Below, piece by piece: positions 46,801 to 57,493 of a DNA stretch of 60,206 nt (its first letter is position 1; every line of letters starts with the position of its first letter). Source of the stretch: Craspedostauros australis (taxonomy: Eukaryota); contig JALAGF010004357.1 in assembly GCA_030167865.1 (NCBI GenBank), forward strand, positions 1-60,206, given 5' to 3'. The notes under the pieces were generated by a model. The model made no database searches. It was not told the DNA's origin and saw only the letters and a list, made by a program, of their open reading frames with translations. Made by a program: the position numbers and the translations under genes.

Positions 46801-49800
46801 TGGCTTTTCGAGAGCCCACATTGTGGCTCTCTACGCAATGGCCAGCACTGTCCTGATCAGGGTTGGCCGTTTCCATGACAGCACCAGCATCAACCAAATG
46901 AAGTTAAGTCTCCAGGATCGGCTCCAGATGAACGATGTCGATGCGGCTATTCAACAGCTGAATGGCGGTACCCAACGATCACTTTTGTGCGCCTCCATGG
47001 CATACGCCCGATACAGCAACGCACAAATGGACTCTTCAACAGAAGACCCGATCGCAGATGTGGAAGCGTCCCAGATCATCGCATTGTGCAGAGATGTCCT
47101 TGATTCTGCTGTTGCCGCGACAGGTCCCGCAACTTCCATGGGCAACAGTGAGGACGGTGATGGCACGGAGACCGCCATCAAGCTATCGATTTGGACACTG
47201 ACGAAGTTGCACAGCATCCTTCCAGACCACCACGGCTTCCTCGGGCAACGATTGCAATCCGCATCTATGCTCGTTGAATTTGCGGGCCGCCTGGATGATT
47301 CAGATCTTGCTGATTGGCACAAGTGGATTGCCCTCACATCTTGCTTGAATGAAGACATCGCGTTGTCACCTTCCAAATCTGTCACGGGGAACGCGACTTG
47401 TCTCGAAGAACTCATCCAAACCCTGTCCCCTTTTCACACAGATACACTCGTCATTTCGCCTGCGATCGGTGCAATCATGAGCCAAGTTGCGTGGATGCTC
47501 AGGAGCAGCGCATCTTCGCACGACATGCAAGAGCTCAACCACATTCTCTCTGCACTTGACTCCACGCTGATGGATGTCACAAACTCCAGCGTAGATTCAA
47601 CATCGCCGATGATGACTGTTCTCACCATGTGGACACGGAGTTCAGTCCTGCTCGTTCGAGCCACTGCGGCATTGCGAGGGTGGAATCCCAGACACGCCGT
47701 GCAGCTGGTGGAAGAATCAAGGCGGCTTAGCCAATCCACGAGGTCAGTGATGAGACAGGCCGTCTCTGCGAACTCATCGCAAGCACCATTCTGGCTGCAA
47801 TGCTTCGCAGAGGTGCTGCCCCGACTTCTGAAGCGACACCAAATGGTCTGCTATCACATCGTATCAGGGCTGTGGTGCTTTGCAGGAGACTATCGGATGT
47901 CGCAGAGCTACGCAAAGGGTGTTATGGCAATACTGGAGCAACAGCGAGCAACGACAGTGTCAGCGTCAGCGTCAGCGTTGCCGAATGAAGCCGCTGATGC
48001 GTCATTGGACACAGGAGCGTCTTTTGTGCAGCAGGGTGCGATCGAAAATTCGATCTTGCTCATCCAATCTACGTCAAAGAACCTCGATGGGCTGATCGCT
48101 GACGCTGCTACTGTAGAAGAGAAGCAATGCAGCCTCCCGAGCCCGGGTGATCCACACGCATCGATCAATCACGTCTTGCAGTGCGACTATGTGATGAAGA
48201 TGGGAGATATGCTATACGGCGAATCGTCAGCTCCCAAGAGCTCTCCGTTTGGCACATTCTACAGCAAAGCACATACATTGTTGAACTCCATCTCCGACAC
48301 GGATGTGCAGCACGACTTCTTGGCAAAGTACGATGTGGACAGGATCACGATGCACCTGCAGTTGAGGAGGATTCGATATCTGTCGTTGAACCCGGATGCG
48401 AAATCGAAATCTGAGTCTGACCAGCAGATTGTTGAACTATGCGATACGGTGGTCGAGGCTCCATCGGCTTCCATCGGTGATGTGGCCTGGGCATGGTACT
48501 ACCGTGGACTTTACCATTTGCGTGAAGCCAGATCGGGCAATCAGTTGCAGCATTTCTGGCACAGCAGAGACGCAATGAGCAAGAACGACACAAACGACAC
48601 AGATCGCACCCCGTTCACACAACAATCGTCATGCATCGCACGAGCCCGTTCGTGTTTCGACAACGCTCTGCAGAGAGCATCGAGTTCATCTGATATTTTG
48701 ACGCGCAAAATACTCCGGTGCTTGGCTCTATGCACAGGTCCAGAGAGAGGCGATATGGCCGATTCCGATTCCGATCCAGATTCGGCCTCGTACTTGATCC
48801 TTTGCTCCATCGGACGGCTGCTTCGAGATCAGATGAGGGCCGCATTGGACGACTGCAGCAACAACCACGCGGAAGTGTTTCGCGCCTTTGACGATTCGTT
48901 CTTCGAAGCAAAGAATCGACGCAAGCGCTTCGATGCGTTCCTGGATATGCTGGCGAAGCACGTGCCACCGAACTGGAGGTTTGTCGGAATTGCCTTGTGC
49001 CCGACGGGTGAAACATTGATGACGCGCATTCGCAAGGAACGATCCGCAGGAACAGGGAGGTGGCGAATGGTCTGCAAGTCTCACTGCATTTTCCCAGAGA
49101 AGGAGGCTGTCATGGACGAGCGCGGCGGGGCGTATTCGTACAACAAGATCGTGCGGCCGGTCGACGAGCTGATTGACGAGAGCGAGCAGCACCTGCAACA
49201 AATGGCAACTTCCAGCGCAGCCGATCGGTTGAAGCAAGACTCGGGCAAACGAGCCTGGTGGTCCGAACGTACGGAACTGGATGAGAAGATGCAGTCGTTG
49301 ATGTCGGACATCGATACGTATCTGTTCCAACAGCTGGATCTGGCGTCAGATGAAGATGCATCGATGGATGATTTGGCCGATCAATTCAGCACGACCCTGA
49401 ATCTGTCGGACAGCGAAGACAAGCGCATCGAGCTGATGAAATTGACCGTGCCGAAGCTGAAAGAGCGATTGGCCGCATTGGATGTCCCGGCATCGAAGTA
49501 CCGCAGGCTGAGGAAGAAGGAGATCATCGACATGGTGGTGGAAGCGGAAGGTGACGCAGCAGTTGACTCATCTGTCGGAAGCAGAAAGGATGGCATGAAG
49601 CCAGTGTTCCTGCTGGTTCTGGACGAGAACCTGCAGCGCGTCCCCTTCGAAGGCACCCCGACGCTGCTGGGCAAATCCGTGTGCCGCATTCCATCGTTGC
49701 CGCATGCGCTGATGACGCTGATGGAACGCAAATCACGCGAGATCGATCCTCTGAACGCCAAGTACATTCTGGATCCTGAAGCCAACCTCCTGAGCACCCG

Positions 49801-50404
49801 GCGACGCTTGGAGCCCGTGATCGACGGCCTCGTCGATAGATCCAGCTGGGATTGGAGCGGCGCCATTGGCAGCAAGCCATCCCCTGAGTTCGTGGAAGAT
49901 GGGCTGCGACGCGACGATGGATTGATGCTGTACATCGGACACGGCGGTGGCGAGGCGTGCTTCACCAAGCGGCAAGTCGAGGCGTTGATTCGCGATGGCA
50001 ACGATGCGACGACGCAGACCACCAACAGCGGACGGGCATGCCACGCCACCGTGATCCTGATGGGCTGCAGCAGCGGACGGCTGACCTCCATCAATCGCAG
50101 ACACGCCCGAGTGTTCGACGAGCTTCCCCTGTACTACGATCCGGAAGGCGTCGCCCTGTCCTACCTCCTCGCTGGAGCGCCCTGCGTCGTTGGCAACCTG
50201 TGGGACGTCACCGATCATGACATCGACCGGTACACCATCAAGCTCTTGGGTGACTTTCTCGGTGACAACCAGCAGCGCAGGTCGCTCGCCCAATGCGTCG
50301 CAGAGGCACGCACGGCATGTAAGATGCAGTACGTGGTTGGCTGCGCGCCAGTTTGCTACGGCATCCCAGTGATACCACGATTCACGAGTAACGAGTCACG
50401 CTAA
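43871..50404 (+). CDS. ESP1: Separase (peptidase C50)
   Basis: ORF of more than 2100 aa with a long helical N-terminus. WWSERTELD, LVLDENLQRVPFE, YILDPEANL, catalytic LYIGHGGG and LMGCSSG, VVGNLWDVTDHDID, GCAPVCYGIP. Start uncertain (43595, 43817 or 43871). Confidence 0.93.
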   Translation: MSTSTLRAPPRRRRKRVVAEENAHRDDNDENKHPQFMNMHSRTSSIADDEHDGFLSKEMEEEGIPGKASRYIPPPPPPSHVKSRFLRSMSISPLCEKLIKKYPSLTDNILRISCSQQAASSRTMSHSIPSVLRENVSKIISISRNIIKDASQSKSRTATIIDAYYIVTHLLRAVVGATPKGSSKSEAVIKLLYHCITKVSELGCSKETERSADDANSTNEMMLVICFVSWDTLCTALESYRVPMGGDGMVSFRRDAFDAAIPYITASNKDADANAIQATMNFRQSITLVIKSTIAMTLCLKRAIIVNTEWPAQEISDFGLSTSKLGSCTDFMIQIFHRTIEPTISFVIQHRNLDSSEAICDVKSHSKLSFCTLWDLSSKLKNRADVSPETLLRIRRCSLLMNLPECKDDNTSSEVFGTKFIASICTYARKAAASYLQHQEHAARPSQISRKGSPLWSFYESLTERFVCLERFEAAIPIEYMEFAVTRSVHTRSWLDVGEHDEDMTDTSRAALTFCKYALAIRFALESDEPVSDTSMLQFCNDVMQMFQGVITQRELRAEELEQYMRLFNSIQLSRAVGIFTKQSAPADDLKVPMELQIASALLTNCLCPFIVEQIVPMYSDDNDVQDATTTTTATATDNSNSRESEEHGRLKQKEEHHAILVDCYAKSIFALDCLAAKLNDSRYEAMADQTALNLVESLSDDMSRPLLERAAKTIAIIARQRTERSSFSGAASAHLIALRQFHDIQVASDGFVTSDLQLVNRWAHLSSVYQSAQRLDEAMLSLSVTLRLSIEEAADGAQLDQARDAIPLNVFKVLLSKTVPFVPSEDIADGRTVSTQLSLSKRFVKLGVKRILGGCLEISSNITSNNNNAIDHDKVIEMLYESQDSDFEMVWTENAHGSLSIESLFGAIVMTDTCTLSTAYDQVVMLTEMLSTLSMMLQYQIEHDDSKILETLLSSFLELVVMAAERIHFLIGEFCDGFSRAHIVALYAMASTVLIRVGRFHDSTSINQMKLSLQDRLQMNDVDAAIQQLNGGTQRSLLCASMAYARYSNAQMDSSTEDPIADVEASQIIALCRDVLDSAVAATGPATSMGNSEDGDGTETAIKLSIWTLTKLHSILPDHHGFLGQRLQSASMLVEFAGRLDDSDLADWHKWIALTSCLNEDIALSPSKSVTGNATCLEELIQTLSPFHTDTLVISPAIGAIMSQVAWMLRSSASSHDMQELNHILSALDSTLMDVTNSSVDSTSPMMTVLTMWTRSSVLLVRATAALRGWNPRHAVQLVEESRRLSQSTRSVMRQAVSANSSQAPFWLQCFAEVLPRLLKRHQMVCYHIVSGLWCFAGDYRMSQSYAKGVMAILEQQRATTVSASASALPNEAADASLDTGASFVQQGAIENSILLIQSTSKNLDGLIADAATVEEKQCSLPSPGDPHASINHVLQCDYVMKMGDMLYGESSAPKSSPFGTFYSKAHTLLNSISDTDVQHDFLAKYDVDRITMHLQLRRIRYLSLNPDAKSKSESDQQIVELCDTVVEAPSASIGDVAWAWYYRGLYHLREARSGNQLQHFWHSRDAMSKNDTNDTDRTPFTQQSSCIARARSCFDNALQRASSSSDILTRKILRCLALCTGPERGDMADSDSDPDSASYLILCSIGRLLRDQMRAALDDCSNNHAEVFRAFDDSFFEAKNRRKRFDAFLDMLAKHVPPNWRFVGIALCPTGETLMTRIRKERSAGTGRWRMVCKSHCIFPEKEAVMDERGGAYSYNKIVRPVDELIDESEQHLQQMATSSAADRLKQDSGKRAWWSERTELDEKMQSLMSDIDTYLFQQLDLASDEDASMDDLADQFSTTLNLSDSEDKRIELMKLTVPKLKERLAALDVPASKYRRLRKKEIIDMVVEAEGDAAVDSSVGSRKDGMKPVFLLVLDENLQRVPFEGTPTLLGKSVCRIPSLPHALMTLMERKSREIDPLNAKYILDPEANLLSTRRRLEPVIDGLVDRSSWDWSGAIGSKPSPEFVEDGLRRDDGLMLYIGHGGGEACFTKRQVEALIRDGNDATTQTTNSGRACHATVILMGCSSGRLTSINRRHARVFDELPLYYDPEGVALSYLLAGAPCVVGNLWDVTDHDIDRYTIKLLGDFLGDNQQRRSLAQCVAEARTACKMQYVVGCAPVCYGIPVIPRFTSNESR

Positions 50405-50592
50405 ATTAGACCTCACGTTTCGTTCTGTCCGTGAGTCGTGCAGTCCAAACGATGTTAATCGCACGACCACAAGAGGCACACGCACAGAGAGGGCGCCCCC
50501 ACAAAATGCAGACGCTGTGCTGTCCATGGTGCCCAACTCTCGCTCTGCATAAAAATATTGTATTGTGGAAGCAAGACAAGAATCAAGACAGG

Positions 50593-53500
50593 ATGGAGGA
50601 CATCCAGCTGCAGGATGACCTGCTTGGATCAGGCTTCGGCAGCGGCATGTGTCCGTGTCCCGTGGGTGTGAATGATGTTGGCGGCAGCGTGGCGGGGTCC
50701 GTTCGCGCGCTGCAAAGTACCAGCGATGACAGCACCAGCGGAGAGACGTGGGAGGTGGTGTACAGCGTGATTGTGCTGGTGTACATGACCGTGGCATTGC
50801 TGTCCGATCGCATCGGCGCGGACTCCGTCATGCTGTCCGCAGTCACCGCCTTCCTGGCCGCCGGCATCATCTCCATCGAGGAGGGCGTGGACGGCTTCTC
50901 CAACGAAGGCCTGCTCACCGTCCTCATCCTCTTCGTCGTGGCCGAGGGCATCTCCAGAACGGGGGCCCTAGATTGGTACATGCAGAAGCTGCTGGGCCGT
51001 CCCAAGACCACGGCCAGCGCGCAGCTCCGCCTCATGCTGCCCATCGCCATCGTGTCGGCCTTCCTCAACAACACGCCCGTCGTGGCGGTCATGATACCCA
51101 TCGTGCAGCGCTGGGGGCAGAACATACGCATCAGCCCCCAGCAGCTCCTCATCCCGCTCTCGTTCGCCAGCATCCTGGGCGGGACCTGCACGCTCATCGG
51201 GACGTCGACCAACCTCGTGGTCGTCGGTCTGCTGGACGACAGGTACAAGGACGATCCCAACACCGATGTCACGATCGGCCTCTTCGATTTGGGCTTGTAC
51301 GGTGTGCCGATCGCCATGGCCGGCATCTGCTACATCCTGCTCACCAGCCCCTACTTGATCCCAGGTGGTCGCGCAGGCAGCAACGGCCAGCGGGGTTCCA
51401 TCCAGCTCAACGGCCAGGAGGACGTCCTCCTCGGGGCGCGTCTCTGCGCGTGGTCTCCGGCCGCCGGTCGTTCCGTCAAGCGTTCCGGGTTGCGTGACAC
51501 GGGCGGAATCTACCTCGTCAGCGTGCATCGTTCCGCGACGGGTAACGTGCATCGTGCGGTCGGTCAGGAGTTCGTCCTGCAGGTCGGCGACATCCTCTAC
51601 TTCACGGGATTGGTCGAAGGTTTCGGCCTGTTCTGCGAGGAGCATGGGTTGGAGGTCGTCACAAACGAATCGGTTCCATCCGGTAAAGCTGCCGAGACCG
51701 CGACCGCGTCATCCACGCAGGAAGGGCCAGCCAAGGGTACAACAGGAGAGGATGCATCCAATGGTGACATGTCGCCTGGCTCATCACCGCAGCAAGCTGC
51801 GAACGGGGTGTCAGCAGGTGCAGGCGTGACATTTGCTACCAACACCGATGGTCCTTTTGGCCAACACCAAATGCCCAGCAAAAGCCCCTTCCTCGGTTCC
51901 AACCTGGACTTGCCGGTGGTCGTGGAGGAGGGGGAATTCAAGACGGAAGACATGAGCGAAGTTCCAATCGAGGTCGGTGTCACCAAGGAATCCCTCATCC
52001 AGGCAGACGAAGCCGAACGTTCCAGATCCATCACCAGAATGATCGATCTCATCCGTGGGCAGGCACGTGACGAACCGGCCGAAGAGGCGCTCACCATGAT
52101 GACGTCGGCACCGTCATCCACAAAGAAGGGACGCCAACGTATTCCCCGCGTCGCGGAGGGAACAGGTGGAGCGGCGGCCACGGATCCGCCAAAGATCGTC
52201 GTGAACAGCGATCAAGGCTCTGTCGTCGTGGGTGTCAACAGCATCGACCGTCCAGGTCTGCTGCTCGACATCTCCAAGGGTCTCCTCAGCCTCAACCTCA
52301 CATTGCGTCACACGGAAGCAGCGGTCGTGGGGATGCGCTCCATCTCCATCTGGCGTTGCGAGTTGCTGGATTCCGAACTGCCGGACCTCGAAGAGATTTG
52401 GAGCGTCCTCAACGCACTCCTAGAAAGCGAGAACGGCATCCAGGCCGTCAAAACACGTGGCCTGCGTGTCATTCGCGCCGCGATCACCAAAACATCCACC
52501 CTGATCGGACAGACCGCATCCGAAATCAACTTCCGTCGTCGATTCAAGGCGGCCATCGTGGCGGTTCAGAAGGGCGGGCGCAACGTGCCGCTTGCTGGAT
52601 TCCAGTTTGGTCCCGGTGACGTCATGGTGCTGCAGGCCAGCGAAGATTCGCCCCTGCTCAAGCCACCGCCGGAGGACTTTTACAAGCGGCATGCTGGCGA
52701 CAACAAGACGCACCAGAACAGCGACGGGGGCAGCGTCTCGCGATCTGGTTCAGTCGCATCCTTCGTCAATATCTTCCGATCCAAGAGCGGGGCCAATCTG
52801 GACAAAAGCAGCAAGAGACGCATGACGAACGATGGCAAGCACGCCACTCCAACCAAACTGTCAGCAGCAGCAGATCAAGACGAGCACAAGCATGGTGATG
52901 GAGACGATGCGGCAAAGACTCCTGCTGCTGCAGAGGCTCTGCGTACGCCAAGGCATTCTAACGTGGATGACGACGAGCAGGACTTGGAAGCAAATCGATC
53001 CCGCAAACCGGGGGAACATGAAAGTGGCGACGATGACATGGACGGCTACTTCATCAGCGACGACGAAGACGACGACGATGATGATGATGCCACTCCTGGA
53101 GTCCAGCGATCGGTGGTGGAACTTTCGGGACTGGAGAGTGTGGATCAAACCATCCTGGAGGAAGCTGCGTGGAAGGACATTCAAGTATACTTGCCGGCGG
53201 GAGCGGATGGCGATGGAGAAGGGGCGGGTGCCACACGCGAATTCCTCACAGCCATGGAAATCGCTGAGAATTCGAAGCTCGCGGGTCGCACCGTGGCAGA
53301 AATTGGCCTGGACAAGCTTCCTGGCGTCTTCCTTGTCAGCATCGATCGACCCACTCACCCGTCCGAGCGCCATCATCAGCCAGGCCTCCATCATCAGCAA
53401 AGGAAAAAACCAAGGCTCACCGTGATCACGAATCCATCCGATGCCAGCGCGGAGGGTCAAGACAACGAAACCGCGTCCGTTGCGAACATGGAGGCGACGT

Positions 53501-55038
53501 TCATCACCATCGCGCCCGAAACTGCTCTGAAAGAAGGCGACGTGCTATGGTTCGCGGGTTCTGCTTCTGCTGTCGGCGATCTGCGCAAAATCCCTGGTCT
53601 CATGTCCTATGAAAGTGAAGAAGTTGCAAAGATCAACGAAAAGGTGTACGATCGTCGATTGGTGGAAGCTGTCGTGGCAAGGCGTGGACCGTTGGTTGGC
53701 AAGACAGTTAAAGAGATGCGATTCCGAACACGGTACGGTGCCGCCGTTATTGCCGTTCATCGCGATGGTCGACGTGTCCATGAGCATCCCGGCCGAGTCA
53801 AGCTGCAAGCCGGTGACGTCCTCTTGCTGGAGGCTGGCCCAACTTTCATCAAACGAAGCGTGGACAATGATCGATCCTTCGCCTTGCTTGCCGAAGTCGA
53901 AGACTCGGCACCACCTCGGTTGCGATTCCTCATCCCGGCCTTGCTCATCACGGCTACCATGCTGGCCGTCTTCACGGCGAACGTAGCATCCCTGCTCATC
54001 TGCGCGCTTGTCGCATCCACTCTCATGATCATGCTCGGGATTCTATCAGAGCAAGAGGCCAGAGATGCTGTGAACTGGGAAGTGTACATCACCATCGCCA
54101 GCGCGTTCGGAATCGGAACCGGATTGGTGAACTCTGGTGTTGCGGGGGGTATTGCCAGTTTCCTGGTGGATGTTGGAGAAGCAGTCGGAATTGGAGGTGA
54201 GAACAATTGGACTCAAAGCATGAAAATTGGATGTTGCCACTGACATGCATTTACCTTTGCATATGTGGTACGCGATGGCGTATGTTGGAATGTGTTGGGA
54301 TGGTTGTTCTTCCTCGACTCAGCCTCTCACCAACTCACATCTCCTTCATCTTTCTTTTATTCCTTGCTTGTGGAATGGGTCCAATGTTGTTGTTATTGTT
54401 GATGTTGCATAGATGCTGGTTTATTGGGAGCCGTCTACCTTGCGACCTTCCTGATCAGTAACATCGTGACAAACAACGCAGCTGCCGCCCTCATCTTCCC
54501 AATCGCGATGGATGCGGCCGAACAGACCGGCGTGGACCGAAAGATCATGAGCTACTGCTTGATGCTTGGTGCATCCGCAAGTTTCATGTCACCGTTCGGA
54601 TACACGACGAATCTTTTGATTTATGGACCCGGAGGATACAAGGTAAGGTCATCATTGCGGTTACAGCCAATGCCTGTTGTGTTTGCGATCCTTCTGACTT
54701 GAAGTAAGTATGCTCCTTGCTGCCGCCTGTGGTCACTCCTGTCCATCATCTCACCCTTCGTCTTGATGGGTTACGTCCATTTGCATATTTCACACTGTTA
54801 CCAACCACACCATGTGATTCCATTGAACAAACAGTACTCTGATTTCCTGAAAGTGGGAACACCGATGCAGGTCGTGCTTTGGCTCCTGTCCATCTTGTTC
54901 TTGTCGATGGATAGCAGCCAATGGTGGCTGAGCTGGATCATAACGTCCATCGCGCTGATCATGATCATCATGTCCAGCGTGTTTGGCATGTCTTTGTCCT
55001 CCTTCACGTCGTCATCCAAGCAGGCGCCCTCCTCGTAA
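50593..55038 (+). CDS. SLC13/CitMHS-family sodium:sulfate cotransporter (SLT-like) with RCK_C (TrkA-C) and ACT domains; 3 exons (50593-54196, 54413-54642, 54835-55038)
   Basis: GFSNEGLLTV, SAFLNNTPVVA, GGTCTLIGTSTNLVV, several TrkA-C repeats (LVGKTVKEMRFRTRYGAAVIAVHR), TNNAAA, SPFGYTTNLLIYGPGGYK. GT-AG introns 54197-54412 and 54643-54834 are in frame. Confidence 0.9.
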
Positions 55039-55425
55039 GCGGTTTGGCCTCCATGCATGCGTGGACTGCACGTCAGCTCTGCATGGTATCAACGCTGTGC
55101 AGCTGTCAGAGGCGCGGTAGATACGATAAAGGACACATACCTACAACCAAGCGACGATTAACACATATAAATACCATAAACAATAGATGCGAAACGCTAT
55201 GGTGCGATACCTACATCTACCGCAATTGCAAATGTGAGGGTTGTCACACCTTCGTTTCTATTGGCTTTGCATAGCCTCACGATTTGGTCGTGTTCGTTTG
55301 TTTGATCGATCTATCCGATGTATTCGCTGAGTTATCTTGAATCTCATCATTTCCATGGATCCATCATCGTTGTCAAGCCTGTTCACGTATTGGACTGCAA
55401 GGCAGATGATCACCGCATTTGCTCT

Positions 55426-57163
55426 TTACGATTCGATCGGCGTTCTCGTCCTTTCCAGCAACATATCAAAGTCGATGTACGGCTCGTAATGTTCGACGGC
55501 CACCCCCACCCGATTGGAATCATTAATGTTCAATTTGGGCGTGAATCGGTTGATGGCGGTCATGACCTGCTGGGTCGACTTCTCGATGACCATCATGGGC
55601 GCCTCCGGGATGCCCTCCATCATGTTCTTCATTTCGGAGGACAGCTGGTACTTGCCCTTCCGTCCGCAAATGAGCAACGCCGCTTCCAGATCGTCCTCAT
55701 TGTCGTTGCGCTTGCGTCGTTGGCATTCCCCGAGGAAGCCGAGGATGAGATCATCACGCGTGACATGGCATATGTAGAGTGTGCGGCTTGGCTTTTTTCG
55801 CAGGTTCACCAAGAATCGCGTGAGAGATGTGGTGACGATGTTCGTGTCTTCCGCGGTGTAATGTCGCAATCGGAATTTATGGCCGGAGATGAGCTCCGAT
55901 TCGAAGAGCTTCTCGAGATCCACGAGTGCGGGGCAGCCAAGGAATGGGCTAGCATCGTGCCATGCGAATGGAAGGAGGAGTGTATGGCATGGTAAGTAGG
56001 GTCCGATTGGTTGGGATGTTGGTATGGGAATGTTTCGGTACGTGGAGTTGTGAGTTGGTTGGTTCGTGTCAATACTCTGCTTACTCTGCGTACTCTGCTC
56101 GCATGGTACGCCAAACACTGCAGTATCGCTACCCGTACGATGTTGTAAGTCACATCCAGGCGTAATAGACAAGAGCCTCATTCTACCATTCAGCAGCGTA
56201 GTTGTAGCCGTATCAGCACCACATGCCAAGAGCATACCAAGAGCATACAACATGCAGCATACAACACACAATACGCAATGCACATAACGCAACTCACCGA
56301 TCCGGAATGCACCCCAAAAGTGGGACGCCCCACCGATCTTCAATGGCCTTGCTCATGTAATGCTTGGTCTGATCGTACTTCTCCGGCAGAACCTTGTTGA
56401 TGATGACGCCTGCGATGCTGACGTTGTTGTGCTCGCACAGCACCCGATTCAACTCGAGCTCGTCAAAGGCCGAACCCAAGCCGCCGTTGGCGATGAGGAT
56501 CATTTCGGCACCCATGAGGTTGGCGACGCGCGCGTTGTTGACGCCGACGATGCTTCCGACGGCGCAATGTCCTGTGCCTTCGCAGAGCACAATGTCGCTG
56601 GCCTCGGTGACGTGATCCATGGCCGCGAGGACGCGGTCGAGCTGGTCGTCGTGCGATATCTCTCCGTCGATGTACTGTTTGGTGTAGCCGCGCGGGATGA
56701 TGACGGGGCTCATGTCCTTGTAGTCCACGTGCTTCAGTCCGAAGCGCTCGAGCACCAGGCAGCAATCCTTGTCGACCTGGATGGTCTTCTGCAGGTCCTC
56801 GGAGTACACCGGAACGTGCTGCTGTCCGACCGGCTTGAGGAAGCCGACCTTGTCGAATCGCTTCTTGAGGCCGCTCATGATGGCGAGCGAGACCGTGGTC
56901 TTGCCCACGTGCTGGCGCGTCGCGGCGACGAAGATGGGGTGCTGGTGGAAGCTCTCGCCCGTGGATTCATCCTTCAGCGTCTTCCAGTAGCGGGGGGTCT
57001 TGCCGTCGTCGCCCGTGGCTGTCGCTGTGGTTGTCGCTGTGGATGCCGACAGCGATCTCAGCAGCACCTTCGCGCGTTGGCATTCGCTGAGGTTGGTGCC
57101 GTTCCGACTGAAGCCAACGATGGCGTTGGCAGGCCGTGCCAGTCTCGACATGCATCGCATCAT
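55426..57163 (-). CDS. BioD-like/AAA_26 P-loop protein (Pta N-terminal/DRTGG-like), probably mitochondrial; 2 exons (57163-56298, 55948-55426)
   Basis: IFVAATRQHVGKTTVS, GFLKPVGQ, LCEGTGH, NGGLGSAFDEL, GVIINKV, HVTRDDLILG. Intron 56297-55949 gives IPDR-PFLG. Presequence MMRCMSRLAR...RSLS. Confidence 0.85.
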
Positions 57164-57493
57164 GGTGAACTCTTGCGGTTGTGTGGGATACCTGCACGCG
57201 TAGATCGCGGAGTGGCACTTTGATAGAGCAAAGGAAGAGAGTTGTGTCCAATCAATCAACCAACGAGAGCTCCTCGTGGTCGGCACTATGCGCGGATCTT
57301 TCTCTCTTGTGTTTATCCAGTCCAACAGCGACCTCTTTGGCACCTTTCCTTCACAATTCACACGTGGTTCGGTTGGTCGCAGGTGCGATGCATCTTGTGG
57401 CGCGAGAAAGAACTTGGGTGATCGTTCGCTTCGTGTTTGTCACAGATGACGTTTGCATCTATCCAAGTACCTTTCCAAGATACAATTTATTTT

